This document shows, piece after piece, positions 38,801 through 52,209 of a stretch of 64,000 bases of DNA (position 1 is its first letter; every line of letters starts with the position of its first letter). This DNA comes from Lama guanicoe (taxonomy: Eukaryota): positions 9,817,231 through 9,881,230 of the forward strand of contig MU054187.1 of assembly GCA_013239625.1 (NCBI GenBank), in the 5' to 3' direction. Below the pieces are notes generated by a model. That model ran no database searches. It was given only the letters and a program-made list of their open reading frames with translations, and was not told the origin of the DNA. Position numbers and translations under genes: made by a program.

Positions 38801-41800
38801 GCAATGATTTAAAAAAAATGTCACCAGACTAAAACAGAATCTGCCAGTGCGAGAAGAGTAAAAAATCATAGCTTTTCAAATAAAATATGTGATTGATACA
38901 ATTTGCAATTATCTGTACACAGTTGGGAAAGAGTATTTAGATTAAACCACCCTCTCAAAACAGGGTATCTAATATATGAATTTGGATCAGAAGCAATCTG
39001 TTTATCATTCCTTCTCCCTGCCAGCTAAGAATACCATTTTATAAAAGTCAGCAAGCAACTTGTCTTAAATGATGCCAAATACAATTCATGTGTTGATTTC
39101 TAAGGGAGTCATGTTGGCCACTGTGGAGATGTTTTGTCTATATTGGATTATTTCCTCAGAATGGCACTATGATATACCAAGGACTAAAAAAATGATTAAA
39201 CAACATGCTGGAAAAAATATATAAAATTACCTCTATACCCCACCGTGCCCTCCCCCACAAAAAACCCCACAACCAACCAAACAAAAACAAAAACAACAAA
39301 AAAGAGACCTTACTAGAGCTTGAATACTTTCTTTGATAATGACTGGTTCGTTGCTTTCATGAATATAAAATGAAGCCCTTTGAGAGAAAGAAAAATTATT
39401 GAATAACTTAACCTAAAAAGCAATTTCAACTATAGTAATTATGATGCATTTCAGTGAGGTCAATCAGCATTTATTTTCTTTTTGCACAGCTTCTTCTAAG
39501 TAAATAAAGTCTCCATGAATAGATAAGAAAACTACTGTTTAGGGTATCTGTAACTGTGCACCTTAAAGTAGTTGGGTCAAAAAAGCCTTATAAAATGCAG
39601 AACCAGTCTTTTTATTACCAAGTAACGTGTGGAACAGATACCCTCACCTTTATTCTCTCCCAGACACCCACCTCCACTGTGGGACTCTTACTTTCCATTT
39701 CATTCCTTTTTGTTAAGTTTATTTTTAAAAACAGGCACATATGTAGTTTTTAATGTAGCTTTACTAACATAATTTACATACAGTAAGTAGTACTGTATTT
39801 TTATAATCATAGAAATAAACAATACATTTTTAAAAGTCTGTTGGAACCAATTATGCTTCTAAAAAGGTATTTCCTTATCCCCCCAAATTATCATGATAGA
39901 GGAATTTTAAATGTAATGCCTATTACTAGAGAGTGAGTGAACTGACAGAAATTTAAGTGAGGATTTCCCTTGCAGATGATAGGATAACACCATGATCCAA
40001 ATATACCCCCTTCCCTACCCATTCGTGTATTCCAGTAAGGGCAGCATGGTGAAGCAGCTAATACCAAGCAGGTATCTGTCTTCTAGAAGAATTTTCAAGT
40101 GTACCTTCATTATTTGTTAAATAATCACAGAGACAGATGCAAATTTAACAGACTGAATTACTTTTCAAATCAGTGCTTTATTTTGTTTCAGGAATACCCC
40201 TTATATTGACCATGCACCATTTAAATAGCATGCGCCTTTGAACCTTTGGATGAAAATATGCAATTTCTCCTCTAAGATTTGCCAACCTACCAAAAGCTGT
40301 TAGAAAATTTAGCAATTTAATTAAATGTTTTGAAAACCTATGACAGAAACATAGTTCTTTGGCATTAAAACATTTGTAACTGGACAAGAAGTAATAAAAA
40401 GTAATACCCTTCAAGACAGTGATTAACAATTTAACAGGAAGATTTAGACAAGTCTGATAATTCAACAAAAGTGATAATTTCTCCCCAATTAATGCTTTAA
40501 AAACTGTAACCAGATAGATTCTTAGCAATGAAACCATTATTTTTCTGAAATGCTATCAAATTTAGCATTTACAGTTCAGTTCCAGGTAACTTTAAAGAAG
40601 TTCTGATTTCGTTGCTTAAGATAAAAGATTATTCTTAGCACTTTTTATTCCAATAATTTATAACAGTGAATGGCTGAATCCATATCTCATTTTACTTTTT
40701 ATTCCTTTCAATGGTACATGAATGGGTAAATACACTCACAAATATTCAAATTCACAAATAATTTTTGCTACATATTAATATATAGAAAGCTTTATTATAT
40801 GCCTTTTCTTTTAAAGGCATGTTTTGGTCACATTACAAGGAGTATATTCACATTAAAATAATAAAAATGACAACCTATCAGATATGAGACAAAACATGGT
40901 CATGCTTGACTGAATCCAGTGAAAGACAGTTTCTGCCTTCAAATGATCTTTTACTTCATTTCATTGCCAAAAGCTGGAATTAAATGGAGGATAAAGTGAA
41001 ATGGTGGTTCAGCTGCTATATTAATTCAACCAAGTCCATTCATAACACCTTTCTGTTTGCTAATCTTGGATCAAACTCAGCAGCTTTAAAACTTCGGGTT
41101 ATTGGGAAATGAACGAACTTTACACTTGCACACTGGAATAGTAAAGACTGAGGAGAAAAACAAGAAAAGGAGACAAAAGGGAATCTAAATTAGCAAATAT
41201 GACAAGAGACGGATGATTTTTCTCAGGTGCCTCTATTGCACCCTGTAGTTTTGAGATCAGTGTGCTCCCTGACAATTCCCTGACAGTGTGCTCCATTTCA
41301 TAGCTAGGACCCCCCAAGCTCCTTTTGAAACTGAAGCCTCTGGTGCAATCAGGCAGAATAGTTGTTCCCTGGGCACTTCATGTGCAGGGTAGTGGGAGAG
41401 GCCCATAGCACAGGGCCTTCCCGCTTGTGGGTCCAAATCAGAGCAGACTCAGGAGTCTGCTCTGGCCTGATGCATCAGAAGTCCCAAATCTGACCGGATT
41501 TCTCCCATTTCATAATGGCCAAGTAGGTAGATTGTGACAGCAACTGACAAGGAGAGAAGGAAGCTGGCCAAAGTTGTGCCTGTGAAGGTCACGGGGGTTC
41601 CCTGGAGGCCCCCTGACAGGCCTGAATATGCAGCTGTCTAGGAAGCTGCAGCTGCACCTGTTCACCTAGCTCAGGACCTGAAAGAGTGGGGTGGATATGG
41701 AGTTACCAGGGAGGAGGGTGACACACCCTGCTGCCCAGTGATACCCATCTCCTGTTCACTCGGAGCTGCAGGGATTCCCATTGCCTTCCACAGCCTGGAA

Positions 41801-42430
41801 ACATAAAGATATTTAATAATCCTCTAGGAAGGAGGCCAAGTCCTGTCCTATGAAACAAATCATTTCTAATACTCCAAACAAGTTTGCTAACGGGGAAAAA
41901 TAACGAGTTATAGAAGTTGCTACATTGTCATACTACCTCAACAGTCTTTTCACACATATTCAGCTAAAACTGAATGAATGATTTCCTACCTTCCAGCTGG
42001 TTTTCCAGAACGAAATATTGGTGAATTACAAACACAGATTTTATTTTTTTAAACCAGGAAGATTGTGTAGACAGACACTAGTTTTTTAGTTTGTTAAATA
42101 GATACGCTACAGAAAATGTGTGCATTCTTTGGATAGAAACACAATTATTTGCTTTTCTATGTCTTTTTCTTTCTTCCAATAGTTCCTTCTGCACTGTATA
42201 GTAGTAATTCTCTCATACTGAATAGATAAGCTGTGTATTTTGCACTAGACTGATTATTTCATTCCATATTTACTTAGATTAGACAGATAAATCTGAACAC
42301 CCAACTATGGATTCATATGTAAACTTTCAGAAATGATGTTTGTTATGTCTGATGTAATAAATATAGAGCTATTTCACATCATTTAGAAACAACAGGCATC
42401 ACTTTCTACCAGCCCCCACCAGGGGAGAGC

Positions 42431-42544
42431 CTAAGGCTGTGAGTCTGTTGGAAAACTGTCGTGATTTGTTTTCTCTCCAGAGACAGAATGCTTCAGAAAC
42501 TGACCAGTAGCACCGATGTACAATCTTGATCGCATAGGCCATTT
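42431..42544 (-). CDS. TCF24: TCF24 last coding exon (KWPMRSRLYIGATGQFLKHSVSGEKTNHDSFPTDSQP*)
   Basis: ttttcag acceptor, phase 0; TAG at 42433-42431; KWPMRSRLY motif typical of TCF23/TCF24. Confidence 0.93.
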   Translation of the reverse strand, partial: KWPMRSRLYIGATGQFLKHSVSGEKTNHDSFPTDSQP

Positions 42545-44334
42545 CTGAAAAAGAATATTTAAACAAGAACCCAAAAGTTAGTATCAATGACAGGTATAGT
42601 CTGTGATAATAATATTAAAAATTCCAAGTACCTCAATGCAAATGCAGTATTATGTAGCAAGTAACAATTGTAATCATGAAGTCTAAGCAGTGACATGAGA
42701 AAATGCTTATTAATGCTAACATTAAAAGTAAAAGCATACCCAGATTTTGATTAAAACTGTATGAAATAATATGTGTGCATGTGGACCAGAAATGCAAGAA
42801 ATCACGGAGAATGAATATATTTAAAGGAAGGAAAATATATCTACCCACAATTTTAAATTTTAAGCTAAACCTAAGACAAAATTAAGCCTAAAACAAGATC
42901 CCTGGCTTTAAAAATATTTTTAAAAGTTACATATGGTAAATATTATGTGTCTATACTTGTCAAAGAACTTCAATGAAAAGTGACCAATTCAATAATCTAA
43001 ACATTTTATCTAGCTAAGAGCAATATCTAGAAGCTGCAAATATGAGAATGTTTGGTGTTATATAGCTGGAACAGCCAGATTAAATGTCTGCTTGTACTGG
43101 CATCTCACAGCTCTAGCCTTTCAGCAATCATCACATTTGTATTCTGGTCGTGATTTTTCTAAATTCACCTTTAAAATGGTCAGCCTCTCAAACAATACAA
43201 TTCATTTGCAAATAGGTATGATGATGAAAAGATATGCTACATAAGTAGTACTTTCAGAATGAACTTATTTTTTAGAGGTGGGGTCATATAATATGTTTAG
43301 TTCTAAGGTCCTTGGGATATTAATCAGAGAAATACTGCTTTTTTTTTTTAATACAAAGATAAGTCCTTAAGCTAAAAAAGTGCAACACCTAAAGGTCAGC
43401 AGTGGGATCCCACACTCTCCAGAGAGTAAATCCTGCTGTGAGCAGGAGGCTGTTTTCACTAGCAAACATTCATGGGCGGATTGCCAGTTACACAGCACCA
43501 TGAAATGTTCTTAAATGCCTGGCAGATAATCCACAGTGCTCAAATAGAGGTACAGTTATTAACAATTCAAAGTCCATAAGAGCTCTGGGTTTCCAACACA
43601 AATTGCATATTAGAATCACAGGGTAGCTTTAAAAGAGACTGATGGCCAAGTCACACTCCAGGCCAATTAAATCAGAATGGACCTCTTTGGAGAAGTGTAA
43701 GGTAGAGTCAGTTCTTACCTGGAATAATATAAGCTTTCGTTGTACTTCTGAATATAGTTACTGTCACCTGCACTAGGATTCCAGATGTTTACATGTAGCC
43801 ATAAGGAATAGGAAGTAGGCATGTGATTTTTATGCCTCCAAATGTGATAAGTGAATTTGCTCCTATGTAGTTTAGGTCACTTAAGAGTCTTAGATTCAGA
43901 TTATTTTGCTGGGAATTTACACTTTAACACAGATGAAATATAACATTTGTCTTACTTGGAATTTAACATGGTCCATTCCTGCATAATCTTCCTATAAGTA
44001 AACTTGCATTTTATGTTTGATACAGTAATAAGACTGACACAGTGCTACTCACTTTTGCAAATGCATTTCAGGTTTTGTGTTTTTATTTATTTTTTATTTT
44101 GTTTAAAACTTTTTTCCAGGTTTTGCATTTTTAAATCACAGATGTGCATTCTTATATTTTCTGGGTGTATCATGTCACTGATCCTGTTCTTGGGATCCCT
44201 GTTACCAGTTGGTAACATGAAGTGTTTCAGAAACTAGCCTGGGATTTTTTTTTTTTTTAATATGTCTGCTTCTGTCATTGTTAGATCAGACTTAAGGCCT
44301 GCACTATACTGTAGAATCCAGTGTCATGGTACCA

Positions 44335-44672
44335 CGCACTGGATGTTTGTGTCCCTCACAAACTCATTTGTTGATGCTCTGACTCTCACTGTGATAGTAT
44401 TTGGGGAGGTGATTTCGGTTAGATGAGGTCATGAGGGTGAGTAGCTCATGATAGGATTAGTGGCTTTTTAAGAAGGAGATCTCCTCTTCTTTGAGAAAGA
44501 GTGAAGTTGGCCAGCGGCAAGACAGAAAGAGAGCTCTCACCAGGAACAGAATTGGGCAATACCTTGATCTTGGACTTTTGAGCCTCTGGGACTGTGAGAA
44601 AATAAATTTCTGTTGTTATAATCCCCCCAATCTATGTGGTATTTCATTATTGCAGCCTGAGCAGTCTAATAT
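44335..44672 (+). mobile_element. MaLR LTR (MLT1A-like)
   Basis: tgtttgtgtccc...ggttagatgaggtcatgagggt...accttgatcttggactt...gactgtgagaaaataaatttctgttg. Confidence 0.75.
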
Positions 44673-45709
44673 TCACATGTAGTGAACAGTGTAAGGCATA
44701 AATCATCAATTTCAAGTGGAAAATTTTAGGCATGTTATAAACCAGTGCTTTTTCATTTTTACACTCCTGCCCCATTTTCATGAGCATAAAAATCTCATGC
44801 TCAAACCTCAAATGTAATTTGAGACTTCTGCATTTGAGAATGTAGATAGTAATAATTCGACAATGTGAATTAAACACATCTAAAATAAAGTCAAAATACT
44901 ACTGAATGCTCCCTGTTAGTTCTGATATGTGCTACCTGGGATGCACTGTTTTGAGAATCACTCGAAATCATGCAACCACGAGTGGAGACAAATGAAGGTA
45001 TCTGTTTTTTGTTTTCTGGGTTTTTTGGTTTTTTTGGAAATGGTAAATTTTAATGTATCACATCAGATGATAAGAACATTCGTGATTTCTAGGTATGTCT
45101 TCCTCAGTCCAAGATCAATGTTTTGGATAAATCTCAGGCTCCTGGGCTTTTTGCTACTATAGGTTGTACAGGGATGCTCTCAAAGGCCTTCCTAAGCCAG
45201 AAGGCATCTGTTCTTTACCGACTTGCTAGTATTTAAGTACTTTATAAAGACTTAAAACTCTATATGTGGGATTTTGCCTGATTTCTCATGGACTTAATTA
45301 AACTTCCCTTTTTTAATAACTTTGAATCCCTGAATTTTCAAAAAGGCTTCTAATGATTTTATTCAAATGAATTTAATATAGACACATAAATAGTTTTAAG
45401 AGTCAGAAATAAAAATATAAATAAAATATTGGTTGGGTTGCATGTCAGCATCATGCCAAAAAAGCCAGCTGACTGATTTAGATTTCACTTTTCAATCATC
45501 TGTTTTAGCATTGTGTAGATTAACACAATCTTGACCTCTACTTTACCTAATAGGGCATATTTAAAATTCTGTAGTTTCATTAGGTTCAGAACAATCTAGC
45601 AAACTCATACAAGTAACCAGAACTGAACCTGAAGACTTAAAAAAATGTATCCTTGATTTTTGGAGTTAAATGACTCCAAAATAACAAAATTTTGTATTAA
45701 AAATTATTG

Positions 45710-45751
45710 CAAAACATTGTAAAATGACTATAACTCAATAAAAAAAGTTTA
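45710..45751 (+). mobile_element. Extremely 5'-truncated L1 tail with TSD
   Basis: caaaacattgtaaaatgactataactcaataaaaaaagttta resembles the L1 tail at about 30441-30481; TSD aaaaattattg at 45699-45709 and 45752-45762. Confidence 0.7.
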
Positions 45752-48049
45752 AAAAATTATTGTTTATCTGTGTTATTAACAATGATTCTCCAAGGGTAAT
45801 GCAACTAATAAAGCCATCTGTGCTTTTCTTCCAGTCTAAGAATCTGAAATATACTCCTGTTATCCTGGAGAATCACTGCCCTTTCACACACTGGTGCTGA
45901 TCACAATTGCTCACAACTCAAAGGGTTAAAAACTGTTGCTTTAGGCTATGCTGCAGGATCTCAGTCCTCTAAACCTTCCAGTTTCATTTGAGGTACTCTT
46001 AATGTAAATTCCCAACAATGCTGACAATGCTGAATCCCCAGTCCTGATCATAAGAACTGAAGATTCAAAATTATAGCCATGAAATATTTGTTAACAGATC
46101 TTTTGATCATCAAAGTAAGACTTAGTAACATTATACTGCATGGTGGCAAAGTAAAATCATTTTGGAACACTATTTAACTAAGGGTTACAATACCTTTAGT
46201 AAACCAAAAAGTACAAAAATCAGAATATCTTTATTTCTTTGGCATTAGATTAATCAATGATAGACTTAATATTTAAGTCACCTTGGTAGTGTCTGTAAAA
46301 TAATGTGTTACAGGCAGTTTCAATTATGTATAGAAAATCTTTTCCCTCTGCACCTCCACAGCACATGGTTATAGCTCTCCTATGGCACATACAACATTCT
46401 CTTACTGTACCGTTACTTGTATTTCTGTCTTTGTCTCTATTATATGTCTCATTTAGGGCAGAGATTGAGTCTCACCAGCAATTGTATTCACTCTCCTAAC
46501 ACAGTGCTTTGCACACAGCAGGCACTCAGTAAATGATTTAAAAATAGACTAGACACTTGTTCAACCATCATCAATTTCATTTTAAAGAGGTAATCTTTGG
46601 CCTTCTTTCATTATCCCCAGGATTGTCTTTTAAAATCAAAAGTTGATTCAGAGGATGAATGAGATGTAATTTTTCTTTAAGGAGTTATAAGACTACAAAA
46701 ACATTTGACATGGGAATCAGGGCAAAAAAATCTTGGTAAGCTTATTGTTACATGAAAATTATGGTTCTAACACTACTCATTCAAAAAAGCACTGCAAGAA
46801 ACTAAGGTGAAAAACAACTGGATTTCCCATCTGATTTACATCTCCCATAAAGAGGCATTTAATAGATGTTTTTTGTATTAAAGTCTACTTTATGTTAAAA
46901 TAAACTTTCTTATAGTATCTGTCAAGTCAAAAGAAATCTAATGTTAATAATATATTTGACTAGCAATCTGATGTACCTAATATAATCTTCCATTAATAAT
47001 AGATTAATGGCACCTAATAGTAATACAAAACCCCTTAAGTAATAATGAATGACTTTTTGGCTGAAATCATATAACACATGAATGGAAGGGAGTAGTCTAT
47101 CATAATTATAAATAAATGATATTTGAAATTTTTATATTTAGTATTTGAATTAGAGTCTGTCATCATGTTGAGTAAATTTCCAAAGTAAATTTCTTAAACC
47201 TCACCACAGAATTTTAACTTCAGTTAACATTAGAGTGGGTACTTTACCACATTTCAATAATGATTATTCAATAATTTATTGAACATCGATATACTTAGGA
47301 CAAAGTCCTAATTTTGTATTGGTGTGTCTGTCAAAATGCTTCAGAATGGTGGAATAAAAAAATGAATATTTAGGTCTAGATAATATAGGGAAGGAGATGC
47401 ATTTTGAAAAGAAAGCCAGATCAATGCAGGATATAAAAACAATCAAGTTTAGGAGAAAGGATGATGAAAGTATAAATACTGCAATATAGGTAATAAATCA
47501 TAATCATATATACCATATAAACAAAACCCCTGACCATTCTACCTATATATAATGTAAAAAATACTATACAAGACGGAGTCTCTTGGCTAATTTTGTACAT
47601 TACAGAATTTGAATGTAGTATTTAATCACTCAACATATATGCCAATTTACTGTGAAAATTACATAAATTCATTAAAGTTTTTCTAACTTTCTTGGTAGTG
47701 GTCTAGTCCGTGATTGTTAAGGTTTTTTTGAAACGGACTGAAAATTTGCTCCGTGGCGATGCAGAACGGTCTCATTTTATTCTTACCAGCTTTACAAAAA
47801 ATGTGCAACATTGGTTTCCTAGGATTACTTAGGGGCAGATAACTCCATCACCCCATTTAATACGTGAAACTTTTCAAGTATCTGATAAAACCACAAAGGA
47901 AACAGGGTTAAATGAGAAGATACTTCTCACCTAGGAAGGTCATCCTGTAGGCAGCAGCCTATATGGGGCATGGGACACTTCTACCCAAGCCACCAGGGGC
48001 TTAAACCCACACCTGCAAACCGTTTAGGAGTATCCTTTTGTGATGGGGA

Positions 48050-50330
48050 CCTCGCTACCGGTGCCTTCGCGGGCCAAGGTCACTCTTCGAATCTGTTCCC
48101 CGCCTCACCCAGGAGGATGAGAGTTCGGTGGCATCTGCCCAGGCTGTGGCCTACCCAGCGGGTCAAGTGCCTTGCTCCTGTCCCTGGGGCCGCAGTGCGC
48201 CCTGTCCGCCTACCTTGACAGGATGCAGGTAGCCATCGCCCCGTAGGGCGCCCAACCCTGGGTCCGCCGGCGCATCGGCGTCGTCCTGCAAGCTGCGGGT
48301 GAGGTGTGCGATGTAGGTGGTGGCCAGCAGCAGCACGTCCAGCTTGGACAGCTTGGTGTCGGGTGGCACGGATGGCAGCGTGCGCTGCAGCTCCAGGAAA
48401 GCGTGTCGCAGAGTCTGCACACGGCTGCGCTCCCGAGCAGCGTTAGCTGCCGCCGGCCGCCCGCCCCCGGAGCGTGCGCCGCCGCCTCCCGGTCCCGCCG
48501 GGCCTGACCCGGTCCGCCTGGGACTGGAGTCTCGGGTGGCGGCTGTCGGGGGCGTGGGTTCGTCGTTCAGGGGGCTGCCTGCGGGGCCGCTGCGGTCCAT
48601 GGAGGCTTCCCGCGCCGCGCGCCCTGCAAAGGAGGGAAGGCGCGGTGAAGCCCGGGCGCGAGTAGACCTTAACCCGGGAAGGCGCAGGCCTCTCTCCCGG
48701 CCGCGCGCGGGGATCGGCCGTCCGACGTGGCTCGGGGCGATCTGAGTTGTGCTTGTTTTGACTGGGACACGTTTGCCTCCCGGAGTCTGGGAGAGTGGTG
48801 GGGTCTGAGGGTTCCTGGGCTGTTTAGAAGGCTGAGGACTGGCGCGGTGCCGGCTTTACTTTCCAACGACAAATTAATCGAAAGGGCTACGCTACCGGGG
48901 AAGGAAGATTTCGGAAGCACAGCTCCGGTTCGGAACTTGTTCGCACTTCTAGAACGTTATCCCGCCCGTCCAGCAGGAAAGATGGAGCGGGTCATCTCGT
49001 AGAGCGCGGCAGGAAGCCCTACCTCGCCACCGCCCACCTTGCCCACGCCGGCCGCCCTCGTACCATTGGCTCCCGAGACCTGGGACCCCGGGGCGACAGC
49101 AGGAGCCCAGAGGAGTGGAGGACCCATGGCCTCACCTCTCACTAAGGCACCCGCTACTACTCCAAGCCCGAGAACGGCGCGGCGGGGCTCGGACCGGGGC
49201 CCTCACCTTTCCTGAAGTGGCCGTGCGGGGATCGGCTCCGCTGCGGGAGCAGGCGAGGAGCTTCGAGCCGGGTCTGCGAGGCCAGGGTGGCGCGGGTCAC
49301 TCCATCCTCGTCCAGCCGAAGGCTACAGGCGCTTCCAGCCCGGGCCGGCCGCGTCTTCTATTTGGGCGCCTCTGAGGCGAGGCGTGCGTGCGGGGAGAGC
49401 CCGGTGTGGGTTCACCGCAGCAGGACCCGCAGACGTCCGCGGGCACCGGAGAACCTGTGCTGGGGACAGCGTCCTGCCGGAGCCGCCCCTCGGCCCAGGG
49501 AGGGTCATTAATCAAACCATCCGGCGGGGCGGGGCCAGAGGCGGGGCGTCCTCATGGCCCCGCCCCTCCCGCGTCCAGGTTCCCCTCAGCGGGACTCCCA
49601 GAGCCGCACGTCAAGCGTCCGCGGTGTTGGCGACCGGCTGGGCCAGAGCCGCTGTCTGGGCTCTAGGACCTCAGCGCGGCCTCGTGAGTTACCGCCTCGC
49701 CGCCACCCTCCGCTTCGAGCCCTTTCTGAGCCCTGGCACCTTCCAGGCGGGCGCCGAGCCGAGGCGGGAACGCGGCCGTTTTGTTGAGCGTGACTCAACT
49801 CTCTGAGGAAATGTGGAGTGTGCCGCCTCGATGCGCTCACCTTTTATTCTCCCACAAGGTAAATGTTTCCTGCTGTCCTAACTACTTGAAACGGTAGTCC
49901 CTCCACTCGGGACTCGGCGGCGCGTTAATTGAGCCGCCCGGAGATAAAATGCGCTTAGCTCGAGCGCACCCGCCGTCTGCGGTCCTTTAGGAAGTTCCCC
50001 AAGTCGCAGTCGCTTCTCCTCGAGGCGCAGACCCTCGCCGGCCACCCCCGTTGCCCCCGCGGGGCCGTCGCTCTGTTTCTTCTTTTTGACCGATTTGAGT
50101 TTCCTGTGGGGAACTCCGCTGAGATTTTTACCTTCGTGGAGCCCGCGGAGCGCGGCTGGCGGCTGGGCTGGAGAGACCCTATCCCGGCTCCTTTCGAAAG
50201 GGGGCGCTGCCCCGCGAGGCCCGATCCCAGCCGCCCGGGAAGCCGGGCCCCGGACGCCCCGACCCTCCGAGGCTTCCGCGCGTTTGGACCCGTTGCCTTC
50301 GGGGGTGAAATCTGAGCGGACGCCCAATAT
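48050..50330. promoter_or_regulatory. TCF24 CpG island/promoter with probable non-coding 5' exons (minus-strand donors near 49022, 49135 and 49206)
   Basis: About 2.3 kb of GC/CpG-rich sequence; GGGGCGGGG boxes near 49525-49565. Confidence 0.8.
48214..48600 (-). CDS. TCF24: TCF24 first coding exon encoding the bHLH domain (129 codons)
   Basis: ATG at 48600; [48 protein letters not shown] bHLH; AAG|gtaggc donor; exon acceptor at 48624/48623. Confidence 0.95.
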
Positions 50331-50401
50331 TGCCTAGCAACATAATTGGTACATCCTTGAAACAATGCGATAGGGAGAGTAGGACATTTAAAAATCTTCT
50401 T

Positions 50402-50416
50402 TGACGTCAAGATGGC
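50402..50416. promoter_or_regulatory. Full palindromic CRE (TGACGTCA) overlapping a YY1-like CAAGATGGC motif
   Basis: ttgacgtcaagatggc at the edge of the CpG island; motif match only. Confidence 0.4.
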
Positions 50417-50926
50417 ATACCAAATTTAAAATATCATTAATGAGCCGCTCTTGTTTATGGGACATAATTTCATCCTTTCCCATCCTCCATTTTTAAATTT
50501 GAGCTACCATCTAGTACATAATGATGGTGGTGGTACTTGATATTGAGTATCTCGTTCCACACTTGAAGTACATTAGGGAATCAGAATAATCCTCAGGCTT
50601 TCATCTCAATTCCCATTCAATAACAGTAGTTAGATTTGCACTTTAGAAAGAAGCCTACCAAAATACCATTGGTTCAAAGAAGGACTTTCTTTTGATGAAT
50701 TGAAAAAGCACATCTTTTTTTCTCCAGTAAATTGTATGTAATGAGGAATAAAGCAGTTGGAAGGCAGTGTTTCAGATTCTGTAAATAATCAAATCAAACA
50801 AGAATTCAAAGGTTTTTCTTATATAATGAGATACCATAAAGTACAAATGGCAAAAGATGATGATGTCTCGTACTATAGACGTAGAGTCAAAGTTTTCGGA
50901 TATTTAAGACTGAATTTACTCGTTTT

Positions 50927-51021
50927 TTACAGATTTTCTTTTACTTTTGAATTATGAAGAGGGTGAGGTTTATGTACATCATTTTTTGTCAGCGAGCTTT
51001 CACATTCTTTCAAAGAGATTC
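50927..51021 (-). CDS. PPP1R42: PPP1R42 ancestral last exon. The spliced frame gives GNLFERM* (stop 51002-51000); the orthologue-like frame SLKECESSLTKNDVHKPH...KENL* is shifted
   Basis: tttttctctattaatacag acceptor; the shifted frame resembles the recalled human C-terminus (..SLKESESSLTKNDVHEPH..). Confidence 0.65.
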
Positions 51022-52209
51022 CTGTATTAATAGAGAAAAAAAGCGTTTAAATTATTTCAGAAATGAAAGTTACCCAAAACAGGTAGCAAACATATACAAA
51101 TCTAGGACACAATAATAGTGAAGGCTGATGATTACTAAACCGTGTGAATATCCTCACGCTTTAAAGGAAGCAGAAACAAAGACTTCCCCCTGAGTTAGGG
51201 AAGAATGTGGAAACTCTATGAGTTGGGAGAAGTAATGGAAATAAGAATGTTTGGAGGGAATGTGGGCCAAGACTAGGGTGAGGCACATTAGGTGCCCAGG
51301 GCTCCTTATATTTTGCACTCTTGGCATCTCACATGCCTCACCCTAGCCTAGCCTGGTAGAGTCTCCTTTTAATTAAGGATGTGGATGAAGGTGGAGGCAC
51401 GAAGACACTTCACTCCTGACAATGGCTGACCAATGGCCCGCTGTGTTACCTAACTGGTTGGAAAGAAAGGACTGATGTAACAAGATCGACCACTGCAGCT
51501 CACCCTCTTGTCCTATCTGCCGCCACTCTAAATAGCCTCTCTGAATCCTCTAAAGTAGTCCTAATTCCTGCAAGAAACCAGTATTTGCAGTAAAATTTAA
51601 AATGGAAGATGAAACTCTTCAAATCATAGTATTACATAAATGAGTAGCAGGTACCTTGTTTAGCTCTTTATATGTGCTAAGTGCTTTACAAAAAAGCACT
51701 TTATTTTCGCATTTAGTCTTTACAAAAACCCTTTGAGGCTTTTACATTTACAGTTGAGAAAATAGAGCTCAGAGGGTTGAAGCAGAGCTAGGATTCAAGC
51801 CAGGCACAGATAGATCCTAACACTTGGGCTTTTTACTATATTATTTTATATAATATTTGTAGGATTCTTCATTATTTGCAAAACATTTTTTTGTATCTGT
51901 TAGTTCAATAAAGGGCATACTTAAACTTGGATCCCTATTAGCAATCCAAATACTATTTTCATAGTGTGTCATTCTTTAGAGTTCTTGTCTAATCTGGCTT
52001 TAGAGTGCTGTAGATTTTATTTCACTGAGTGTGATGTAGGTTTTAAAATCATATCATCTTTTTTTCTAAATGTGTCAAATAGTTTGCCATCTTATTGTCC
52101 TCATAATGTAAAATAATCACACATGTCAGTGAAGAAAATATATTGCTATGTTACAGATCTTTATATCAATAGGTTTTATATAGTTGGTGCTTTCTTTCAC
52201 TTTTCAACT

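Noticed and set aside
48163..48213. ORF-track C-terminus of TCF24 ([16 protein letters not shown])
   Set aside because: Intron read-through; the exon ends at the AAG|gtaggc donor (48214) and continues as KWPMRSRLY at 42544
48669..50410. Many ORFs of 60-150 aa upstream of TCF24
   Set aside because: GC-rich CpG-island artefacts in multiple frames with no family resemblance
50630..50779. Minus-strand AG followed by a roughly 50-codon open frame downstream of the PPP1R42 last exon
   Set aside because: Needs phase 1 while the available donor is phase 2, and it shows no recognisable similarity; probably 3'UTR
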